64,000 nucleotides of DNA, taken from an uncultured bacterium (lineage in GTDB: Bacteria; Bacteroidota; Bacteroidia; Chitinophagales; Chitinophagaceae). The stretch is taken from contig CBHWDO010000012.1 of assembly GCA_966112615.1 (NCBI GenBank), positions 22,004 through 86,003 on the forward strand, read 5' to 3'. How positions within the stretch are numbered: position 1 is the stretch's first letter; each line of letters starts with the position of its first letter. Of the stretch, positions 26,878-35,089 are shown piece by piece. The translations under genes were made by a program, and so were the position numbers. The notes below the pieces were generated by a model. It made no database searches and was not told the DNA's origin. It worked only from the letters and a program-made list of their open reading frames with translations.

Positions 26878-29800
26878 TTAGAAATCAAGCGTTAAGCCCA
26901 GTGAGAATGATTTGGTGTTAGGATAGCGACTTCCGTTTCCAGAACCAATAGTGGTTTCAACATCCCAGAGATCAAACTTTGAGAAAGTCAATGGGTTGAT
27001 TGCCTGGATGTACACAGTAGCATTATTCAACACATTGCGATATACTTTCTTTGGAATGTTATAGCTGAGTTCCAGGGTTTTCATCCTGATAAAATCTGCC
27101 TTCTTCAGCCACCAGGTACTTTCCTGTGTATTGTTCAGGTTGCGGTCTTCACCGTTTGCAAGTCTTGGATAGAAAACATTCTGATTGTCAGCCTTTCCTT
27201 CCTGCCACCTGTCGGTGATATTGCTATACACATTCGACAAACCTGCACCATTTGCAAACGGATGAATTGCTTCACCACGCAGCATGATATCAGCGCCTCT
27301 TTGTCCTGCGAACAATGCACCCAGGTTGAATCCTTTGTATCCAACATTGAATCCAAAACCGAATACGAGGTAAGGAACATCACCACGACCGATATAGGTT
27401 TTATCATAGTTATTGATCAGACCATCACCATTCAGGTCACGATACTTGATATCACCGGGAAGGATCCTTGATTTATCACCAGGAACCGGGCTTGCATCGA
27501 TCTCTGCCTGGTCGTTGAACAAACCTTCAGCAACATAACCCCATCTTCCGAGGATGTTGTGACCGGTTCTATCCATCCAGTCATACAATTGTTTAGGTTG
27601 ATCGTTATCAAGCAATTTGTCTTTATTGTAGGTAACATTTCCGCGCAGACTCAACGCTACGTTACCGATCTGTCCATTGTATTCAAGTGTTGCATCGATA
27701 CCCTTGTTCTCAACAACACCGAGGTTACCCCATGGAGAATTGGTAAGTCCCATGAAGATTGGCAGTGATTGTCTTTGCAGGAAGATACCAGTACGCTTTT
27801 CTTTGAAAAGGTCAACGATCAAAGAGAGTTTATCATTCAGAGTTTTGATCTCCACACCGAAATCCTGTTTGCGGGATTCAGCCCATGTAACATTGGAACC
27901 ATATTCAGTGATGTTGATACCACTCATATAGTTCAGGTTACGATCGAAACGGTAACCGTTTACATCATCTGCAAGTGTAGTGAGATAGGCGAATCTTCTT
28001 CCGCCAATTCTTCCGATACCGGTCAAACCATCAGAGTACCTGAATTTCAGGTAAGTGATCGCGTTGTTCAGTGGCTCGAAGAATTTTTCGTTTGATACCA
28101 CCCATCCGAAACCGAATGCAGGGAAGGTACCATAGCGATTGTCAGGTGCGAAAGTTTCTGACCCGTTATAACCAAGGTTTGCTTCAACGAAGTAACGATC
28201 ATCGTATGAGTAGGTAGCTCTTGTTGCAAGACCAAGATAACGTTCAGGGATAGACGCAGTAAAGTTTCCTGCAAATTGGTTCATGTAATCGTCAGTATAG
28301 AAAAGTGCGAGACCGCCTACACGATGTTTACCAAACCTGTTATCATAGTTGAGTGATGATTCAGTATAGAATCTCCTGTTACCTGAGTTGCTCCTGTTAT
28401 AACGCAGGTAGTTACCGCTTCCAACATAAGTTCTCTTCAGGTTCAGAGAACCATCAGGATTACGTGGCTGGTTGGCATCAGGTGCATAGGTATCTTCTCT
28501 TTTTTCTCTCCAGATACGAACACCGTTAGCAGCATCGAAAGAGAACATTACGCTGGCTGTAAGACCTTTTACCAATGAGGTAAGATCCTGTGTCAGGCGA
28601 AGATTTGAATTGATAGCATTGTTGAATTCAGTTGCATACCCTCTGCGTGTAAGATCTGCCCATGGATTTCTAAAACCACCGTTGGGGTTTTTACCAGGAA
28701 CGAATCCACCGGTGTATTCCAAAGGATATTCAGTGGCAGGAGTGGTCATGGCAGAGTTGAAAATATCTTCGGTAGAAATTACCGGCTCATTCATGTTAGA
28801 GAAGTTTCCGCGGATACCGATATCTAACTTGGTTGATTTGGTAACATTCATGTTCACATTAGTAGTTACTGTGAACCTGCGATAACGGAGATCGGAATTG
28901 TATTGCTGAAGTTTATCAGTTTTTAAAAGACCTGTCTCATCGAAATAACCGATCGATCCATAGTAACGAAGGAAATCAGATCCACCATTCACGCTAACAT
29001 TGGTACGGCGAACCTTACCCCAGCTGCGATAGAGTGCATCGAACCAGTCTACATTAGGATAAAGCTCAGGGTCTTCTCCAGAAAGCGTGCGCTGGATATA
29101 TTCATCAGAATATTTAGCGGTTTGTCCACGGGTGGTTAATGATTCATTTGCCGCTTCCATATAAGTTTTAGCATCAGCCATTTCCGGGATCTTCGTGAAG
29201 GTCACGATACCTTCGCTGTAATCAACGGACACTTTTGGCTTACCAACCTTACCGGTTTTTGTGGTGATGATCACTACACCGTTTGCACCACGCACACCAT
29301 ACACAGCAGTACCGGCAGCGTCTTTAAGAACGGTAAAGGATGCGATATCCTGCGGATCGATATTGTTGATGGAACGTTCTACACCATCCACGAGGATCAG
29401 CGGAGAAGAAGAACCACCACCAAAAGTAGAGATACCACGGATCCAGATATCGGCACTGCTACGGCCAGGCTGACCGGAACGCTGAACACCCACCACACCC
29501 GAGATACGACCTGCAAGCAGGGTATTGATGTTGGCAACGGGGAGTTTCAGTTCTTCAGGATTGATGGTCGACTGGGCGCCGATCACACTGATCTTACGCT
29601 GGCGGCCGAAACCTACTACAACCACATCGTTGAGGGAGCCCGCATTGGCTTCCATTACCACGTTGAAATAGCGGTTATTCAGTACCGGGTAAAGCTGGGA
29701 AACATAACCTACTGATGTGAAGGCCAGTGAATCCAGTTTACTGGCGGTTAGGGTAAATTCTCCTTTTGCGTCGGTCACGGTACCACGGTTGGTTCCATTG

Positions 29801-29982
29801 ATCGAAACTGAAATGTTGGAAAGGAAAGTACCCGCGCGATCCCGGACTACGCCGTTAACTACCACCTGCTCGTTGGCGTTCGACTGGCTCCAGGAGAGGA
29901 AGGGTAGCATTAAGAGAAATGAAAAGAGAAGTGGCGGCAAGAGGCTGTTCCTGCCTTTGCCGGGCAGTTTGATGACTTGCAT
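26878..29982 (-). CDS. SusC/RagA-family TonB-dependent transporter
   Basis: It has a signal peptide, a carboxypeptidase-regulatory-like domain (VNGVVRDRAGTFLSNISVSINGT), a plug domain, a large barrel and a C-terminal ...LGLTLDF. Confidence 0.92.
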   Translation of the reverse strand: MQVIKLPGKGRNSLLPPLLFSFLLMLPFLSWSQSNANEQVVVNGVVRDRAGTFLSNISVSINGTNRGTVTDAKGEFTLTASKLDSLAFTSVGYVSQLYPVLNNRYFNVVMEANAGSLNDVVVVGFGRQRKISVIGAQSTINPEELKLPVANINTLLAGRISGVVGVQRSGQPGRSSADIWIRGISTFGGGSSSPLILVDGVERSINNIDPQDIASFTVLKDAAGTAVYGVRGANGVVIITTKTGKVGKPKVSVDYSEGIVTFTKIPEMADAKTYMEAANESLTTRGQTAKYSDEYIQRTLSGEDPELYPNVDWFDALYRSWGKVRRTNVSVNGGSDFLRYYGSIGYFDETGLLKTDKLQQYNSDLRYRRFTVTTNVNMNVTKSTKLDIGIRGNFSNMNEPVISTEDIFNSAMTTPATEYPLEYTGGFVPGKNPNGGFRNPWADLTRRGYATEFNNAINSNLRLTQDLTSLVKGLTASVMFSFDAANGVRIWREKREDTYAPDANQPRNPDGSLNLKRTYVGSGNYLRYNRSNSGNRRFYTESSLNYDNRFGKHRVGGLALFYTDDYMNQFAGNFTASIPERYLGLATRATYSYDDRYFVEANLGYNGSETFAPDNRYGTFPAFGFGWVVSNEKFFEPLNNAITYLKFRYSDGLTGIGRIGGRRFAYLTTLADDVNGYRFDRNLNYMSGINITEYGSNVTWAESRKQDFGVEIKTLNDKLSLIVDLFKEKRTGIFLQRQSLPIFMGLTNSPWGNLGVVENKGIDATLEYNGQIGNVALSLRGNVTYNKDKLLDNDQPKQLYDWMDRTGHNILGRWGYVAEGLFNDQAEIDASPVPGDKSRILPGDIKYRDLNGDGLINNYDKTYIGRGDVPYLVFGFGFNVGYKGFNLGALFAGQRGADIMLRGEAIHPFANGAGLSNVYSNITDRWQEGKADNQNVFYPRLANGEDRNLNNTQESTWWLKKADFIRMKTLELSYNIPKKVYRNVLNNATVYIQAINPLTFSKFDLWDVETTIGSGNGSRYPNTKSFSLGLTLDF

Positions 29983-30079
29983 AAACGTTAGTTTGGTTGG
30001 TTAATAGTGCTCACCAACAGGATGGCTTCATACTAAGCATTCGATTACACCTTCCCTGATGTGCAAACTAAAAATAAAA

Positions 30080-30095
30080 GCTAAATCGTTTTAGC
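30080..30095. promoter_or_regulatory. Candidate LacI-type operator (near-palindrome GCTAAATCGTTTTAGC)
   Basis: This is a 16-bp palindrome with one mismatch and a central CG. It lies about 98 bp upstream of the SusC start. Confidence 0.45.
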
Positions 30096-30167
30096 AATAA
30101 TATTTCTTTATTTCATCCGTAACTTATTGTAAATCAATTAAATCGAAATGTGTAAGATTTGACTTAA

Positions 30168-30183
30168 GTTAAATCGATTTAAC
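30168..30183. promoter_or_regulatory. Candidate LacI-type operator (perfect palindrome GTTAAATCGATTTAAC)
   Basis: This is a perfect 16-bp palindrome with a central CG that shares the AAATCG half-site with the 30080 site. It lies about 186 bp upstream of the SusC start. A weaker third copy (ttaaatcgaaat) lies at about 30138-30149. Confidence 0.45.
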
Positions 30184-30322
30184 AATTAATTGATTTTATT
30201 ATAATCATCAAATAATAGTTTGATTCCTTTCCATTAAAAATGTTTTATCCAATTTTCATCCAGCTTTTTTTATTGATTGATTAATATTACATTCAGTAAA
30301 AGCTCCACCAAGCCACACTTAC

Positions 30323-31258
30323 ATGAATGAAACCAACAAAAAACTTTCCCCGGTAATAAAAATTCCATTGTATTACCTGGCCTTTAGTACTATTTATATT
30401 TTGTTGAGTGATAAGTTGGTTGCAGATATATCCAAACAGAATGCTGAGCTAAACCAGCAATTACAATCTTTAAAAGGTATTTGCTTTGTTATATTATCAG
30501 CCTTATTCATATTCATCTTATCCAGGAAATACTTCAAACAGTTAAAAGAAAGCTTTTCCCGCAAGGAAGACCTTTTAAATAACCTCAATTCAACCCGGGA
30601 GGAATTTTTCAAACAACAGCTGAACTTCAGGAAAACACTTGCGCTTTCAGTAATTGATGCCCAGGAATCTGAAAGGAACAGGTGGGCAGAAGAACTTCAT
30701 GACAATGCATTGCAGTTGCTCACTGTGGCCAAGCTATATATTGATATGGTAATGACCAACAAAGAAAAGATGAATATGCTTGCAGAAAGCAGGTCGCTGC
30801 TGTTGTCGGCTATCGAAGAGATCCGCACCATATCTCACAATATCAAACCTCCGCATTTTGAGACCATGTCATTACCTGAATCGATCAATGTATTGATCGA
30901 TAATATCAGGAGGTTCAAACATTACCAGGTCGATCTGCATATTTCCGAACTTGCTGATCAGCGATTGAGTCGTGACCAAAAGATCATGGTATACAGGATC
31001 ATACAGGAACAGCTCAACAATATTTTGAAGTATGCCGAAGCTGACGCTATCAGGATCCATCTCGATGTAAAGGATAATAAAGCAGAGCTTGTGATCAGTG
31101 ATAATGGTAAGGGTTATGATCCCAACAGTATTCGCCATGGCATCGGCATCTCCAACATGCACAGCAGGCTTGAACCATATTCAGGAACACTGGATATTAT
31201 TTCTGCACCCGGACAAGGCTTTGAAATCCGGGCCAACTTCAATATTATCTGGGAATAG
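30323..31258 (+). CDS. Orphan NarL-type (HisKA_3) sensor histidine kinase
   Basis: It has two TM helices, the H-box EELHDNALQ and HATPase motifs (DNGKGYD, GIGISNM). No adjacent response regulator is present. Confidence 0.85.
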   Translation: MNETNKKLSPVIKIPLYYLAFSTIYILLSDKLVADISKQNAELNQQLQSLKGICFVILSALFIFILSRKYFKQLKESFSRKEDLLNNLNSTREEFFKQQLNFRKTLALSVIDAQESERNRWAEELHDNALQLLTVAKLYIDMVMTNKEKMNMLAESRSLLLSAIEEIRTISHNIKPPHFETMSLPESINVLIDNIRRFKHYQVDLHISELADQRLSRDQKIMVYRIIQEQLNNILKYAEADAIRIHLDVKDNKAELVISDNGKGYDPNSIRHGIGISNMHSRLEPYSGTLDIISAPGQGFEIRANFNIIWE

Positions 31259-31295
31259 CTGGCAGGTTTTTTTATTACATCATACCAAAAAAGGT

Positions 31296-32441
31296 ATGGC
31301 ATCTTCTAATTTTTCAACAGCAATCATCTCTGCAGTTCTTGCTGCAGCTGCTATTGCTTCTTCCTGTAATAATTCTTCTAACGGACCATCAGATCGTATC
31401 GACAGTTCAAAGGTTCAGAAAGATAAAAATGCACCTTCATCCCTTGAGCTGGTGTTTTCCGATAATACTTACCAGCTAACCGGTGTGGCAAAAGAACCTG
31501 GAGGAAAACTGCTTGTAAACTATCCATTATGGAGTGATGTATATCGATATGCAGTGGTGCAGGCAACAGGAGATACTGCGGTACAACCATTTCCAAATCT
31601 TTCCTGGAATCAATGGAAACCGGGACAGTCGGGCAAAGACAAATGGGTATGCGTTCAATCTGTTTACTATGACGACAGCAGCAACCTCTATATACTTGAT
31701 CCTGCAGCTCCAAAATTAAAAACCATCCAGGGAGGTGGTGCAAAGTTGGTTAGGATGAAAAAAGACGGTACCACTGTTGACAGGGTCTATTCGTTCAACG
31801 GTATCATACCGGATACTGCATACATGAATGATGTCAGAGTTGATGTGCCGAGGCAGTTTGCTTATTTAACCGAATCAAAAGGAGGCGGCATTGTTGTGGT
31901 GAATCTTGAAACCGGCAAGATGCGCCGGGTACTAAGTAAACATCCATCTGTGAAATCGGATCCCAATTTCAAATTTATCATTGATGGAAAAGAATTGATG
32001 AAAGATGGAAGGCCTGCAAAATTCAACAGTGATGGTATTGCGCTGACTCCCGATGGAAACTGGTTATACTACAAGCCACTTACGGATGATAAGTTATACC
32101 GGATCAAAACTGAATTTCTTCGTGACTGGAATACCAGTGATACAATGCTGCATAGCAAAGTGGAAGACCTTGGACATTTTACTACAACGGATGGAATGAT
32201 ATTCGACCAGGCAGGATACTTATATTTCGGAGACCTGATCAACTACAGGATCATCCGGATCTCACCCGATCATAAGATGACCACATTGATTGAAGATAAG
32301 CGACTGATCTGGCCTGACAGTTATTCCATCGCGGATGGTTATCTATATATTTCCTGCTCCCATATCCAGAAGCAACCGGAATATAACGAGGGAAAAAATT
32401 TGAGAGAAAGCCCGTATACTGTTTACAGGTTGAAGTTATAG
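31296..32441 (+). CDS. Major royal jelly protein / yellow-family (MRJP) beta-propeller protein
   Basis: I chose the start at MASSNFSTAIIS (31296), which avoids overlap with the kinase gene. A lipoprotein-like signal ends in SSC. The sequence resembles bacterial MRJP-family proteins (SVYYDDSSNLYILD, DGIALTPDGNWLYY). Confidence 0.7.
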   Translation: MASSNFSTAIISAVLAAAAIASSCNNSSNGPSDRIDSSKVQKDKNAPSSLELVFSDNTYQLTGVAKEPGGKLLVNYPLWSDVYRYAVVQATGDTAVQPFPNLSWNQWKPGQSGKDKWVCVQSVYYDDSSNLYILDPAAPKLKTIQGGGAKLVRMKKDGTTVDRVYSFNGIIPDTAYMNDVRVDVPRQFAYLTESKGGGIVVVNLETGKMRRVLSKHPSVKSDPNFKFIIDGKELMKDGRPAKFNSDGIALTPDGNWLYYKPLTDDKLYRIKTEFLRDWNTSDTMLHSKVEDLGHFTTTDGMIFDQAGYLYFGDLINYRIIRISPDHKMTTLIEDKRLIWPDSYSIADGYLYISCSHIQKQPEYNEGKNLRESPYTVYRLKL

Positions 32442-32444
32442 CTT

Positions 32445-32528
32445 CGGGCAGAACCGAGCGCAGCGAAGGGGCTGAACGTTGGGTATATATTACCCGGCGT
32501 TCAGCCCGCCCTTCGGGCGTTCTGCCCG
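32445..32528. repeat. 84-bp imperfect palindrome, a short variant of the GGCTGAAC-box repeat family
   Basis: cgggcagaac (32445-32454) pairs with gttctgcccg (32519-32528). The inner arms are ggctgaacg / cgttcagcc, and cGAAg mini-hairpins are present (gcccttcgggc). It fills the entire gap between two convergent genes. Confidence 0.8.
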
Positions 32529-32529
32529 G

Positions 32530-33096
32530 TTAAAGTCCGCGTGGCTCCGGAGCAATATTCTTTACAGGATTCGTTGTTTTCAGAAATGAATAGATCGATT
32601 TCAGATCTTCATCGGTCAGCTTGCTAAAATTCTGCCAGGGCATTGGAGGAAGAAGGTCACGACCGGTATCCAGGCCTTTATACTTACCCTTACGCATTGC
32701 ATTGATGAACTGGGCTTCGGTCCAGCTTCCAATACCGGTTTCATCACTGGTAATGTTTGAAGCAAATGATACTCCCCAGGGACCAACTGCTGCAGTAAGA
32801 TCAGCAAACATAAGGGCCCACCCTTTTCCTAAATGCGCTGTATCAATTGGAGGTAAAGGCCTGTCGGAAGGATATCCCGACAATCTTTTGTCGGCCACCA
32901 GTTGAGGTCCCTGTGGTCCCATTTCTTTTGGTGAATGACAATCATCGCAACCAATGGTGGTCACGAGGTATTCACCCCTCTTTACCATAGCGGCTGAATC
33001 CAGTGTGCCGGCAGTATTGTTTTCAGAGCCTTGTGTAGATTGACAGGCTGTAGCGATTGCTGCAATTGTAACTGCAAATAAGAATGACTTCATCAT
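32530..33096 (-). CDS. Mono-haem c-type cytochrome (lipoprotein-like)
   Basis: It has a CxxCH motif (CDDCH), a distal Met region (PPMPW) and the signal MMKSFLFAVTIAAIATAC. I chose the start at 33096. Confidence 0.8.
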   Translation of the reverse strand: MMKSFLFAVTIAAIATACQSTQGSENNTAGTLDSAAMVKRGEYLVTTIGCDDCHSPKEMGPQGPQLVADKRLSGYPSDRPLPPIDTAHLGKGWALMFADLTAAVGPWGVSFASNITSDETGIGSWTEAQFINAMRKGKYKGLDTGRDLLPPMPWQNFSKLTDEDLKSIYSFLKTTNPVKNIAPEPRGL

Positions 33097-33198
33097 ATTG
33101 ATCAGGTTAATGGTTAAACTGACCGCAAGAAAACCCGAATCCATAACATCTTTACTTCAAAGATGTATGAACCGGATAATATGATGAATGAATTGTAG

Positions 33199-33645
33199 TT
33201 ATTTGATCTTTTCGATATTGATAGCGGTCATTCCTTTCGGACTCCTTTCTGTATCGAATTTTACCTTATCATTTTCCTTAACCTGTTCGGTAAGGTTATT
33301 TACGTGGAAAAAGAATTTTTCCTGGGTAAGTTTATTGAGGATGAATCCATATCCTTTGGACTCATTAAAGAAGTTGATCACTCCTTCCTGCTTTTCTTCA
33401 GGGCCTTCCACATGTTTGGGAACACCAAGCTCTATCTCTTCTGCATTGATGAGCTTTCTCATACTTGGGTCTGGAGGAGTCGAAGTAAAGTTTCCGTTCT
33501 CATCCACATAGGCAATCATGTCTTCAAAACTCTTGTTGCCTGCATTTGCGCGACGTTCTTCCAGTCGCTCTTTCTTGTCTTGTTTTTGCTTAAGACGTTT
33601 TTTTTCTTTGTCTCTTTTGTTGAAAGTTTCTTTCGATCTAGCCAT
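33199..33645 (-). CDS. Cold-shock-domain protein with a long Lys/Glu/Arg-rich N-terminal extension
   Basis: The C-terminal CSD has RNP1-like KGYGFI and RNP2-like FFFHV motifs. The N-terminal ~45 aa are highly charged (KRDKEKKRLKQKQDKKERLEERR). Confidence 0.8.
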   Translation of the reverse strand: MARSKETFNKRDKEKKRLKQKQDKKERLEERRANAGNKSFEDMIAYVDENGNFTSTPPDPSMRKLINAEEIELGVPKHVEGPEEKQEGVINFFNESKGYGFILNKLTQEKFFFHVNNLTEQVKENDKVKFDTERSPKGMTAINIEKIK

Positions 33646-33715
33646 AGATTAATTAATTAATGAAGAATGATGGTAAGAAAAAAAAGACCTCCAGGCTGTG
33701 GAGGTCTGAATTAGA

Positions 33716-34030
33716 TTACCATTTATTTTTTCTGTAGCCACCGCCATTATCACTTCTGAATGGGCTGTTGCTGCGTGCTGGTCTTTCTTCTTTTGGTCTT
33801 GCTTCAGAAACCTTGATGTTTCTTCCGTCAACAACGCTGTTATCAAGTTCAGAGATAGCTTTAGATGCACCTTCTGCGTCAGCAATCTCTACAAAACCGA
33901 AACCGCGTGATCTGCCTGTAACTTTATCAGTGATGATCTTTGCAGATGTTACTTCACCATAAGGAGTGAAGAATGACTGAAGATCTTCATCTGTTGTGTT
34001 AAAGCTAAGATTTGAAACGTAAATGTTCAT
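33716..34030 (-). CDS. RRM-type (RNP-1) RNA-binding protein with a Gly/Arg tail
   Basis: RNP2 is IYVSNL and RNP1 is RGFGFVEI. The length is about 100 aa, typical of bacterial Rbp proteins. Confidence 0.9.
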   Translation of the reverse strand: MNIYVSNLSFNTTDEDLQSFFTPYGEVTSAKIITDKVTGRSRGFGFVEIADAEGASKAISELDNSVVDGRNIKVSEARPKEERPARSNSPFRSDNGGGYRKNKW

Positions 34031-34201
34031 TTGAAAATTTTTAAACTAAATATTGATCTGAAAAGGCAGTAAGTAAGAAACAACTAAAGTGCTAAAGCAG
34101 AATAGAATTGCAATTACTGAAAGCGAAGTTCAAATTGTCTGCTCGAAGGTAGGTTTATTATTTGAACTGGAAAGATATTTAACAACTAAAGCCGGTTCCC
34201 A

Positions 34202-35053
34202 TCACTTCAGATATTTTGAAAAGAAGTCCAAACTCCGCTTCCACGCCAGTTTTGCTGCTGTTTCATTGTATCTCGCTTCGGAAGTATCATTATGAAAAGC
34301 ATGCTGCGCTCCTTCATATACGTATTGCTCGTAAGGAATTCCGGCTTTCTTTAAAGCTTCCTCATATGCCTGCATACCTGCATTCACTCTTTCATCCAAT
34401 CCTGCATAATGCAGTTGCACAGCTGATTTGATCTTTGGTACTTCAGTCAGTTCGGGCTGCCGCCCATAAAATGCAACTGCAGCTTTTAACTGCGGTACAT
34501 TGACTGCCAGGTTATTAGCCATTGCTCCACCCCAACAAAAACCAACACATCCTGCATGTCCGTTGAAATCTTTTCTTGTCTTCAGGTAATCAAATACATT
34601 GATAAAGTTTTGCAGGTTATCCTCCGCCTTAAGCGTTGTAAAGAGCTGCCTGGCTTCATCCTCATTTGCAGGATTTTTTCCCAATGCTGACAAAGCGTTG
34701 GGTGCAATGGCAAGATATCCTGCCTGCGCAGCTCTTCTTGCCACATCTTCAATATGTGCATTCAATCCCCGGTTTTCATGGATCACAACCACTGCTGCAT
34801 AAGGCTTAACAGCTTTAGGCCTCGCCACATAAGCGGTCATTTCCTGTGGTACTCCGGGGTATTTGATGTATTCTGTAAAAAGATCCTCCGTATTGGTTTG
34901 TGAAGCTTTGGCATAATTTCCTTCCAGCATGGGAAGTAAGGTGAGTGCTGCAGTAGTGCTTCCAACAAGCTTTGTAAGTCGTTTCAAAAATTCTCCGCGT
35001 GGAAGTGGCTTATGCGTGTACTCGTCGTAGAGATCAATGATTTCCTGGTTCAT
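34202..35053 (-). CDS. Dienelactone hydrolase family protein
   Basis: It shows an alpha/beta-hydrolase pattern with a nucleophile Cys in GFCWGG and a C-terminal His (GAQHAF). The N-terminal region is Tat-like (RGEFLKRLTKLVGSTTAA). Confidence 0.8.
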   Translation of the reverse strand: MNQEIIDLYDEYTHKPLPRGEFLKRLTKLVGSTTAALTLLPMLEGNYAKASQTNTEDLFTEYIKYPGVPQEMTAYVARPKAVKPYAAVVVIHENRGLNAHIEDVARRAAQAGYLAIAPNALSALGKNPANEDEARQLFTTLKAEDNLQNFINVFDYLKTRKDFNGHAGCVGFCWGGAMANNLAVNVPQLKAAVAFYGRQPELTEVPKIKSAVQLHYAGLDERVNAGMQAYEEALKKAGIPYEQYVYEGAQHAFHNDTSEARYNETAAKLAWKRSLDFFSKYLK

Positions 35054-35089
35054 GCATGTAAATTGAGTAGATCAATTTACTGAATTTAA

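Noticed and set aside
31098-31295. The long N-terminal extension of the MRJP ORF given in the ORF track (start 31098).
   Set aside because: The extension overlaps the 3' end of the histidine kinase gene in another frame and lacks signal-peptide features. The internal Met at 31296 gives a lipoprotein-like signal directly after the kinase stop.
33304-33885. ORFs 33304-33660 (+), 33188-33511 (+) and 33649-33885 (-) around the CSD and RRM genes.
   Set aside because: They overlap the clearly motif-bearing CSD and RRM genes on the opposite strand or in another frame. They are shadow ORFs.
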